This document shows positions 1-7,527 of a DNA stretch of 64,000 nt, one piece after another. The first letter of the stretch is position 1. Every line of letters begins with the position of its first letter. The stretch is from Orbicella franksi (lineage: Eukaryota). The notes beneath the pieces were generated by a model, which searched no databases, was not told the DNA's origin, and worked only from the letters and a program-made list of their open reading frames with translations. The position numbers and the translations under genes are program-made. The DNA is taken from the NCBI GenBank assembly GCA_964199315.1, contig OZ116702.1:29326001-29390000 (forward strand), in the 5' to 3' direction.

Positions 1-680
1 TCATTCTGTCCTATGATCAAGTCCGTGGCCGTGGGTATGACTTCCGTGGGAAATTCTTTCCTCAAGTGGGGTCCCAAGACGTAACCCGGTTGTCCGTTTT
101 GCAATGTTCCCATCTTGACCCATTTCATCTTCTTGGCCAATTCGATGCCGATGGACATTTGTGGGAAGACGCGTTTACCGTTGATCAGGAGGCTGAGGCA
201 CGTTCTCGAGTTGTCGAGGACGCATTCTCCATTCTCGGCCCGATGCATGACCGTGTACAGCAATTCGGTGGGATCGTCGGGTTTGCTCTTTTTCTTGTAC
301 ATGGTCACGTCGTCATCCGTTCTAGATCTCAACCTATGCATGTATCGATCTCGTATCGCGTTCAGTAACTCGGTACCGGTCCTCGGCGTGAATTCCAAAT
401 CGCCCTCTCTCGTCACTCCAGAGACCTGCGTGTATATGTTTCGATCCGCGTTCACCATATCGATCCACCAGATTTCAAACAGAAGAGAATCTTTCAAGTC
501 CATCTTACGCACCGCGGACGGAAACGAGAGGTCACTGATACCCACTTTCCAACCCGACTCTCTCAACTGCAACGGGTTCAGCAGACGATTCTTGAAACTG
601 TTGGCCTTGTTGTCCGGGAACTCGCTCGTACTGGCATTGCTCATCAGTTGCACGTAAAAGTCGTCGGCAGACTCATTCAT
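1..680 (-). CDS. Polinton penton/minor capsid protein paralogue 2 (partial, runs off the window; absent from the ORF track)
   Basis: Manual translation from the ATG at 680 gives MNESADDFYVQLMSNASTSEFPDNKANSFKNRLLNPLQLRESGWKVGISDLSFP, the penton N-terminal motif. DNA at 581-660 is nearly identical to 1681-1759. Confidence 0.8.
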   Translation of the reverse strand, partial: MNESADDFYVQLMSNASTSEFPDNKANSFKNRLLNPLQLRESGWKVGISDLSFPSAVRKMDLKDSLLFEIWWIDMVNADRNIYTQVSGVTREGDLEFTPRTGTELLNAIRDRYMHRLRSRTDDDVTMYKKKSKPDDPTELLYTVMHRAENGECVLDNSRTCLSLLINGKRVFPQMSIGIELAKKMKWVKMGTLQNGQPGYVLGPHLRKEFPTEVIPTATDLIIGQN

Positions 681-1767
681 ACTTAAAGTGTAATGTCACA
701 GACGTCACGCCCGATTCAAAGTCCACCAATCTTCCGTCGTTCTCGGCCAATTGCACCTCCACTATATCCAAAACGTTGCTGCGCACAGGTTTATATTGAA
801 TCTGATTCGGTTCGTACGTCGTCTTGATCGGGTCGTGGGGGACTTCTCTCAAGAGATCCGTCACTCGATTCCCCGTGATGGTACTACGACCTACATTCGA
901 ATACAGGTACATGGGACTGCGAGGCAGAGGTAGGTCCGGATGAACGACGACTCCACGATGATAGGTCTTGGCGTATTCCTCGTCCAGGTAACTGAAGCGC
1001 CAGTTGCAATAGGGACTGAGCTGTAACGTCCCGCTGCTGTCCAAATTCCAAAAGTTATGAGATCGATTGTCGCTATGGTCGGTCCAGTCTTTCTTGAAAT
1101 CAGACGGAACGGTGTCGTTGGGAAAGATCTTGATCATATTCATGTTCAAGTGAACGGAGTAATACGATTCCTCGTTAATCAAACCCAACTTCTTGACCAG
1201 TTTAGGACCAAAAAACACTCTGGGACGTTGTCTGTCTCCGGACTCGCTGAGGAACGTGTCGGTGTTGTCGATAATCAAATCGTTCCCCTCCCATCGGAAC
1301 ACGGGGTAGTATTTTTTCCCGTCCGGCGCTCGTAGACTTTCGTTGGCGCGATCCATGTAATGATACAGGCGTTCATGAAAACGATTGATGAGGTATTGCA
1401 TGAGAGATTTACCGCTCGTCACTTTGTGTCGGTCACGGTTCAGTTCCTTCCCGTAGACGTCAAATGGTACGCGGTATCGCCCAGGACTCCACGTAGACCC
1501 GTCGGATTGCAAGATGAACGTTTCAATGGTCCACTCAAGACAGAACACATTATCGTCATCGTCAAAGTCGTGCGTTTGAGTGACTGGTACTTGATGCGGT
1601 CGTGACGGAGGAATCGGGTAAGAAACGCTCGCCAATCCCACTTTCCATTCCTTGTCGGATTCAAACAGGAGCGGATACGGCAGACGGTTCTTGAAACTGT
1701 TGGCCTTGTTGTCCGTGAACTCGCTCGTGCTGGCATTGCTCAACAACTGCATGTAAAAGTCTTTCAT
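673..1767 (-). CDS. Polinton penton/minor capsid protein paralogue 1 (364 aa)
   Basis: N-terminal FYMQLLSNAS..EF.DNKANSFKNRLP..L...W.VGLASVSYP and C-terminal MYLYSN..G...DLLREV...EP..IQYKPV...VEVQL..DGRLVDF..GVTSVTLHFK match the Polinton minor capsid pattern. Confidence 0.85.
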   Translation of the reverse strand: MKDFYMQLLSNASTSEFTDNKANSFKNRLPYPLLFESDKEWKVGLASVSYPIPPSRPHQVPVTQTHDFDDDDNVFCLEWTIETFILQSDGSTWSPGRYRVPFDVYGKELNRDRHKVTSGKSLMQYLINRFHERLYHYMDRANESLRAPDGKKYYPVFRWEGNDLIIDNTDTFLSESGDRQRPRVFFGPKLVKKLGLINEESYYSVHLNMNMIKIFPNDTVPSDFKKDWTDHSDNRSHNFWNLDSSGTLQLSPYCNWRFSYLDEEYAKTYHRGVVVHPDLPLPRSPMYLYSNVGRSTITGNRVTDLLREVPHDPIKTTYEPNQIQYKPVRSNVLDIVEVQLAENDGRLVDFESGVTSVTLHFKYE

Positions 1768-2858
1768 TTTTTTGTCTTTGGCTTTTTGGTCACGTACAAG
1801 CCTTTTTTATCCACCCAACTGTCGTACTTGACTGGCCAACCTTTCCAACGCACCAAGACTTTATCCCCTTTTCGTTTGACGATCTTGTCGATGCGGAACA
1901 GATCGTCGTCTTTCACGGACACCTTTTGCAAATCTTGCGCGTAAAACGTGCCTTCGACCGACGTGCCGTCCCATTCTTCCACCTTGTACGTGGTGACCTT
2001 CCCAGGACGCACTCGTCGTATCACAAACACCTCTTCGGTCCAACCGGGTAAATACCCTTTCTTGAACTGTCGGAACTACTTGTTCAGTCTCACACGATCC
2101 CCGACTTTCAGTGAAGGTCGTCTCGATTTCTTTTCCTTTTTACCGTAAAGAGTCTCCCACACGTCCTCGCTATTGCCTAAAGTCACTTGATCGGGAGCCA
2201 TCTTGATACTGCGATGATACGATCGATTGTACCCTCGGACCAGATCTTGTAACACGGGCACAAACTTCATCGTATTCTTCACGGTGAAGTATCGGTACAA
2301 ACGTTCCTTCAGGGTCCGATTGAACCGTTCCACCACACTGGATTTCGTATCCCCACGAGTCGAAAAATGATGAATGCCTTTCTGCTTCATCAAATCCTGA
2401 AACGTCTTGTTGTAGAATTCCTTCCCGTCGTCCGTCTGAAGATTGATGGGTTTTCTACCTCCTTTCAAGATCTTAGCCATGGCTTCCGTCACCGCTTTAC
2501 CCGTCTTGCTCTTCAAGGGTTGGACCCAGGCGTGCTTGGAAAACACGTCCACCACCGTCAAGAGATAACGATACCCTCGATTGTACCTGGCGATATTGAT
2601 CCCCTCGATCAGGTCGGCCGTCCACTGCTCGTCGATTCCGAACACCACCACCGGGACCGTGGGAAACCGACGACGTCCGGGTTTGTGCAACGAGTACCCC
2701 AAATCCCGTTGCAGGACCTCGCGCGCACGTCGTACCGAGATCTTATTGGCCTTGGCGAACCGCGTCAGACCACCCAGACTACCGGGTCTAGAAGGATCCC
2801 GATACCGTCCCAGTAACGTCCCGGTCGAAAGCGGCTTCTTCTTTTGACCTTTCTTCAT
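1764..2858 (-). pseudogene. Polinton retroviral-like integrase (rve + C-terminal chromodomain) interrupted by one in-frame TAG
   Basis: DDE motifs WTADL, LQTDDGKEF and VVERFNRTLK are intact. ORFs 2076..2891 and 1764..2030 share a frame and join as KVGDRVRLNK*FRQFKKGYLPGWTEEVF (TAG at 2076-2078). Chromodomain FRIDKIVKRKGDKVLVRWKGWPVKYDSWV. Likely start is the ATG at 2858. Confidence 0.9.
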
Positions 2859-3169
2859 AATCGATAAAGTTTGTAAACGCACTGTCTCCACAACTCGAAA
2901 CGCTGCTCACGTACCTCGAGATACTTCTTAAATGAATCGGGTTGCTGTTTCAACCACAAGATATAAACGACAAAACGCATCACGTTGGGTTCGACGTCGG
3001 TATAGTCAAACACCTCCAAGGGCGAATCACTGAAATGGTCAGGGATGGGTTCACCCTTACCGTATCGCTCGTAGACTCTAGCGCACTTGGAACACAAGGT
3101 TGTCCAACACCATCGATCGGCCATGGTCTCACACACTCTCGAGATCAACCAACTCAAGGCATGAGACAT
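2855..3169 (-). CDS. Polinton hypothetical protein (104 aa)
   Basis: ATG at 3169 with a TATA-like TATAAGA at ~3203-3209 and Inr-like TCATT upstream; the stop overlaps the integrase ATG (ATGA). Confidence 0.65.
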   Translation of the reverse strand: MSHALSWLISRVCETMADRWCWTTLCSKCARVYERYGKGEPIPDHFSDSPLEVFDYTDVEPNVMRFVVYILWLKQQPDSFKKYLEVREQRFELWRQCVYKLYRL

Positions 3170-3284
3170 AATGATTTGAACCCAATTTTTATTTCAACTT
3201 TCTTATATGTACAAAAACGTCGTGCCTGATTGGTTCTTACGAAAAAACAGATCTGATTGGCTATCGAAAAAGAAGGCGAAAAGA

Positions 3285-4112
3285 CTAGTCTGAATCCGAA
3301 AAGTATCGAACATATTCCGAGTTCTTACATTCTAGACCATACTCATTATCACAGTCTTCCTCATAGGTATCCATGGCATAATATCTACAATTTCTCCAAC
3401 AACAATCCCCTTTACTGGGTCTCCACTTCAGGGCTTCCTCCTCGTCTCCCTTCACATAGAATGCTTGTCGCATACTCTCTCTACACTCCTCACATAGGTC
3501 ATCCTCCTCAGCTTCAAGGGCACGAAAGAAAAACCGATCCTTCCACAGATCACGCTGACGCATGACATCATAGATCAACTCTTCCAACTTCAGACACGTT
3601 TCCTTGTGAGCGCACCTGTTGAAAGTCAGTATCTCCTCCACCCTGGGACTCTTGTCTGACTCCAGCACCCGTCGTGATATGTCTCGAGCGAACCGCAAGG
3701 GTTCAAACAGATCACGGATGGCATCGCTCATCATGTACGTGAGGTTATCCGTGGCAATCAAACAGGAACGATCTGCGTCCACGGCGGGATCCCGACAATG
3801 AATGAACCTGAATTGACCGCTACCACTTCTGTACATCACGCGACACCACTCACCACAGAACAAATACACCTTTTCGTTCCTCTTCATCATCTCCAAAATC
3901 GTACCACCCCAGTCAGGACGACGTCTCATCAAGAGCTCAAAAGACCACAGACAATCGGGTATTTGACCTAACGGTTCGAAGAGATTGTCAAAAATGTACA
4001 TGTCCACTTTTGCATCCGGAATGGCATCGAGATCTCTCAAAGTGTGTACCTTCTGATCCACGATCTGCTCCACTAGGTCCCGAATCTGGTTCGAGTTGCT
4101 ATAGTAAGTCAT
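3285..4112 (-). CDS. Polinton hypothetical protein (~275 aa, acidic Cys-rich C-terminus)
   Basis: Long ORF; the track start at 4127 is TTG and the first ATG is at 4112. AATAAA lies downstream on the minus strand at ~3187-3192. No family recognised. Confidence 0.7.
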   Translation of the reverse strand: MTYYSNSNQIRDLVEQIVDQKVHTLRDLDAIPDAKVDMYIFDNLFEPLGQIPDCLWSFELLMRRRPDWGGTILEMMKRNEKVYLFCGEWCRVMYRSGSGQFRFIHCRDPAVDADRSCLIATDNLTYMMSDAIRDLFEPLRFARDISRRVLESDKSPRVEEILTFNRCAHKETCLKLEELIYDVMRQRDLWKDRFFFRALEAEEDDLCEECRESMRQAFYVKGDEEEALKWRPSKGDCCWRNCRYYAMDTYEEDCDNEYGLECKNSEYVRYFSDSD

Positions 4113-4374
4113 CTCTTGCCTCGTCAAACCTCTTTCTTCCTAGATACGACAATTCAGGATGGTGATTCGGGTCTCCCCAGTCAGTCAGGTGTCTTCGAAG
4201 CCTAGAGAACAAGAGATCAACAACGTGCAATTCCAAGTTAATTATCATCGTATAGATCGCCTTCTTGCCTTCTTTTTCGATTACATCCAAATTGTCAGAA
4301 GCTCGATTCAAATATCGTCTCAGATCTTCAATGATCTCTTCAAAGTCTCTGTCATCCAAAATCCTATGGGTCAT
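4099..4374 (-). CDS. Polinton hypothetical protein (~91 aa)
   Basis: ATG at 4374 lies downstream of TATAAAA (4425-4431) and Inr TCATTC (~4400). The GTG start at 4455 in the track is upstream of the TATA box. Confidence 0.6.
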   Translation of the reverse strand: MTHRILDDRDFEEIIEDLRRYLNRASDNLDVIEKEGKKAIYTMIINLELHVVDLLFSRLRRHLTDWGDPNHHPELSYLGRKRFDEARDDLL

Positions 4375-4394
4375 CACCGCGTCAAGAGCAAGTC

Positions 4395-4600
4395 GAGAAT
4401 GATTCACTGCTTTAAACGGGCTCCTTTTATACCCGCGCCGTGGATCCACTTTCACTCCGTACTTTCACGGATCACGCGCCCTTTTTCAGATCCACCAATC
4501 GAAACGAAGACCTTCACATGATCCCATCACACCACACGTCTACGATTGGGTCGTAAAAAACGTCCATAAAGTCGAACCACGCATTCCATCACGAGTCACT
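4395..4600. promoter_or_regulatory. Divergent Pol II core promoters
   Basis: Minus strand: TATAAAA about 31 nt upstream of Inr TCATTC. Plus strand: CATAAAG at ~4565 followed by Inr-like GCATTC/TCACTT before the ATG at 4615. Confidence 0.55.
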
Positions 4601-4614
4601 TTTCAGCAGTCGTC

Positions 4615-5022
4615 ATGGATTCACACGTCGAACCCGACAGGAAAAAGAGAAAATCGTCCAAAAAGAAGGAGGCGCGTAAGAAACTGAAACTGCTCCTACC
4701 CAAGAGAGTGGAAGGAGAAGTAGGAGGTAAACTACAATCCACATTAGATAGATGGTTATTCAAAAAACCTCGTGCCAGACTACGTTTCAACCAACGCGTC
4801 CTCTTCAAAGAGATCACACCGGACTCTGTCAGTTGGACCACCGTCCCTCTCAAAGGCTTCTCGCAGCCATGGAGCGTCTTTTCGATCAAACGTCAGGAAG
4901 TCAAAAGCCAAATGAAAAGTAACCATTACAAGCGAAGGCAAAGACTGACCCCCAAAAACGTGCGAAAAACCACCCACATCCTAGAAACCATGCTACGGGA
5001 AAACACCTTGTTGGGATACTAA
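4615..5022 (+). CDS. Lys/Arg-rich protein with NLS-like N-terminus; probably supplies the first exon of the zf-GRF gene
   Basis: Good Kozak context (gtcATGg) and KKRK/KKKEARKK motifs. It contains two phase-1 GT donors (4727 GAG|GTAAAC, 4919 AAA|GTAACC) compatible with the acceptor at 5041-5042. Confidence 0.6.
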   Translation: MDSHVEPDRKKRKSSKKKEARKKLKLLLPKRVEGEVGGKLQSTLDRWLFKKPRARLRFNQRVLFKEITPDSVSWTTVPLKGFSQPWSVFSIKRQEVKSQMKSNHYKRRQRLTPKNVRKTTHILETMLRENTLLGY

Positions 5023-5042
5023 CTCAATCTCTATCTTCACAG

Positions 5043-5644
5043 ACTCAAAGCTAGCCGCCATTCAAGGCGGATGCCTGACCGTGATAAGAGAATCACCTCC
5101 TCAAACCATTCAAGTCCTGGAACCCATAGGACTCGACAAATTCAAGAAAGACGAACTCGTAGAATTACCACCTGAAGTGGACGACCAAGGAGAATTCACC
5201 GAAGTACAAGTGTTGCAGGAATTCGACCCCGATCAGTTCCTGAACCAACTGAAAACCCAAGATCACACCTGCCCGCGTTGCATGGTACCCATGGAATTTG
5301 GAAGAGTGAAAACCCCCGAAGGTGGTACCTGGTGGGAGTATTACCGATGTCCCTCTTCCAGATTCTACACCAAGTGTTATGTGACCTGTGGCGCCAAAGA
5401 GGTGAGCGCCTACCTGAGACGCGTCGAAGAACAGACCCACCCCTGCTACAGGAACATCGACCCAGCTCGTTTCCGATGTCTATGCAACAAGTCCCTGGTC
5501 TTAGCCACCTCCCACTCCCAGTCCAACCCGGACAGGCTCTATCTCAAGTGTCCCAAGCGTAACTGCAAGTTCTTCCAATGGATCGACGAATACCCACGTG
5601 GGATCGCCCAAGACATACTGATTCATGGACAGAACCCAAACTAA
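5043..5644 (+). CDS. Zinc ribbon + GRF zinc-finger protein (likely second exon)
   Basis: C-terminal CLCNKSLVLATSHSQSNPDRLYLKCPKRNCKFFQWID is zf-GRF, with an upstream CPRC...YYRCP...KC...C ribbon. No in-frame ATG before 5282. A pyrimidine tract + CAG acceptor ends at 5042. Confidence 0.75.
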
Positions 5645-5648
5645 GAAA

Positions 5649-5720
5649 GGCAGGGTGGCGCAGTGGAAGCGCGTTGGGCTCACAACCCAGAGGTCCGAGG
5701 ATCGAAACCTCGCCCCGCCC
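5649..5720 (+). tRNA. Initiator-tRNA-Met-derived tRNA gene with CAC anticodon
   Basis: Cloverleaf GGCAGGG TG GCGC-AGTGGAA-GCGC G TTGGG-CTCACAA-CCCAG AGGTC CGAGG-ATCGAAA-CCTCG CCCCGCC C, with A/B boxes and a T7 terminator at 5722-5728. Initiator hallmarks A54/A60 and three G-C anticodon-stem pairs are present. Anticodon at 5681-5683. Confidence 0.85.
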
Positions 5721-5791
5721 ATTTTTTTCCAAAAACACACAGGCACATATTTTTGTAAAAAACACACTCTGATATTTTATTTTTTCATATT

Positions 5792-6343
5792 TTACACGTT
5801 GGGTAATCTATCTTTCGCGTCGATCATCGACCGCATTGTTACTTGATTACATTTGTTAAATGTGCTGTAATAAAAATTGATTACATTGACATAACGCTTC
5901 ATCGTGTTCTTTTGTCTCTGAGTCCACGTGGACTGAAAAGGCTCGAAACCGTAGCACAACATAAGTCTGTGAAACGTGATCCGGTCCACGGGCGGCTTCA
6001 CTTTCACGTCCCATACAAGGTTCTTGCGAATAGCATGGATCGCGTTGAATAAGGTTCTGCCGAAACACCTCTCGATGCTCCGGTACCGGTGCTGACTTCG
6101 GGTCCAGTTCTCACGCTGCTCGTCCATAAAGAACAACACCTGGTGTAACATCACCTCGAGCTGGCTCGAATCCCGAAACCTTGTCAACCACCGACGGCCC
6201 GCCAACAAATCCCGGATGGGAAAATTCATGCTCTCGTAAAACCGGGTCCAGGCCTCGTCCATTCGATCGATTGCCTCCTCGTAAGTGACCTCGGGCTTTC
6301 TCGGTCTGAAATCGTTCGGAATATATCTCTCCCTCAAGGCCAT
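5792..6343 (-). CDS. Polinton hypothetical protein (~183 aa)
   Basis: ATG at 6343 in strong Kozak context (accATGg), TATA variant and Inr upstream, AATAAA downstream at ~5776-5781. Confidence 0.7.
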   Translation of the reverse strand: MALRERYIPNDFRPRKPEVTYEEAIDRMDEAWTRFYESMNFPIRDLLAGRRWLTRFRDSSQLEVMLHQVLFFMDEQRENWTRSQHRYRSIERCFGRTLFNAIHAIRKNLVWDVKVKPPVDRITFHRLMLCYGFEPFQSTWTQRQKNTMKRYVNVINFYYSTFNKCNQVTMRSMIDAKDRLPNV

Positions 6344-6347
6344 GGTA

Positions 6348-6590
6348 GCGCTCAATACAAGTTAAAAACTCAGAGTGAAGAGCGGACGATGCTGATTCGC
6401 TTTATGCAGATCCGTCCAGCCAATCACAGATCGAGACGAAGTCACGTGTTACCACAGACCCAGGGGATAGGGGGGTATCCCCCTACCACGCCCACTCACG
6501 GTAGGAGACTGGACACCATTATACCGGGTGTATAAAACGAGCGAGTCGGATCGTTCACTTTCACTCTGAGTTTTTAACTTGTATGAGCGC
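6348..6590. promoter_or_regulatory. Bidirectional promoter flanked by a 31/32-bp inverted repeat containing both initiators
   Basis: TTCACTCTGAGTTTTTAACTTGTA(T)TGAGCGC at 6348-6379 (minus) and 6560-6590 (plus). TATAAAA at 6531 and CATAAA at 6406-6401 each lie ~30-32 nt from the Inr. CCAAT at ~6420, CACGTG at 6443. Confidence 0.7.
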
Positions 6591-6655
6591 CTATTACAGA
6601 AGACTGTGGGTGTTGCTGTGGGTGTTGCTGTGGCTTCTCAAAGTACCAAGTGAGT

Positions 6656-6901
6656 ATGGAAGTATTAGAGCATTGTCATTCCGAGTTGACCGTCATGAGA
6701 AAGCGAGTGCGAGAGCGGATGAAGGATGGAGAGACCCCCTTGTACAGGGAATTTTTAGATATCGTCGGGGTGGCCCTGGACCAACTAGATCTTTTGTTCC
6801 TGGAAGAGAGGCTGGGGGTCGCTGACGAGGACGATATTAACGATTTAGTCATTCATGTAGACTGGGCCCACAACACTTACCATCGACTATTTCAATTTTA
6901 G
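6656..6901 (+). CDS. Polinton hypothetical protein (~81 aa)
   Basis: ATG at 6656 in strong context (agtATGg), downstream of the TATA/Inr; the track start at 6650 is GTG. Confidence 0.6.
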   Translation: MEVLEHCHSELTVMRKRVRERMKDGETPLYREFLDIVGVALDQLDLLFLEERLGVADEDDINDLVIHVDWAHNTYHRLFQF

Positions 6902-6903
6902 AC

Positions 6904-7269
6904 ATGGAACCCGCCTCTTGTTATGTATGCAAACAAACCAGACCATGCTGCCGCCTACCGCTCACAGAGTTGGGTAAACGTGGGACCCACGACAAATTCA
7001 TACGCACACTCTCGGGACCACTGAGAGAAGCCTGGGGACTAGGGTGCGTCTGGGAAACCTGCTGCAAGGCCATCTATGGCATGTATCCCAATTATGAGAC
7101 CTCCCGTTACGAAGCCGTCTTCCTGGGGAGCCATTATGATGAAGCCCTGTCACGTGTCAATCATGTGAAATCTTTTCTTTATTATGATCATGAAGAAGAC
7201 AAAAAGGGCGCCGGTCATCAGGACTGTGCACATGTCCCAACCTGTAATAACAAGTGGAATGTCAAATAA
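6904..7269 (+). CDS. Cys-rich hypothetical protein (121 aa)
   Basis: gacATGg start preceded by an acceptor-like TTTTAG; CxxC/CC motifs; AATAAA overlaps the stop. Confidence 0.65.
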   Translation: MEPASCYVCKQTRPCCRLPLTELGKRGTHDKFIRTLSGPLREAWGLGCVWETCCKAIYGMYPNYETSRYEAVFLGSHYDEALSRVNHVKSFLYYDHEEDKKGAGHQDCAHVPTCNNKWNVK

Positions 7270-7302
7270 AAAGTTGTTTTTTGTTCTATTTTTTCAGACT
7301 CC

Positions 7303-7527
7303 ATGTCACGATTTCCTAAACCCCAATGTATATGGTGTAAGGAAGGATACACTCCCAATCACAGTATCCAAGACTACTTCCTGACACCGTGTTGCGACCA
7401 ATTCTTTCACGGAACTTGTAAAGTCCTCCACACCTGGTGGTTGAAACCCTCCCAAAGACTCTGCCCTCATTGTAAAACCGTGAATTTCGGACTACCCACC
7501 GATGACATCCCCAAAACCAAGTCCTAA
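7303..7527 (+). CDS. Minimal RING-variant/PHD-like (C4HC3) zinc-finger protein (74 aa)
   Basis: CIWC-x17-PCCDQFFHGTC-x14-CPHC ligand spacing (approximate); preceded by a pyrimidine tract + CAG at 7295-7297. Confidence 0.65.
   Translation: MSRFPKPQCIWCKEGYTPNHSIQDYFLTPCCDQFFHGTCKVLHTWWLKPSQRLCPHCKTVNFGLPTDDIPKTKS

Noticed and set aside
66-2847. Plus-strand ORFs such as 115..657, 1057..1335, 2367..2816 and 2581..2847
   Set aside because: Antisense shadows of the penton and integrase genes, with no motifs or promoter signals.
4375-4455. GTG-initiated N-terminal extension of ORF 4099..4455 as a target of the CAC tRNA
   Set aside because: The extension spans the gene's own TATA box and Inr, so it would not be in the mRNA.
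5081-5083. GUG initiation of the zf-GRF ORF by the adjacent CAC tRNA
   Set aside because: Attractive but disfavoured: a canonical acceptor and phase-compatible donors explain the missing ATG, and the tRNA has lost A1:U72. Kept only as an alternative.
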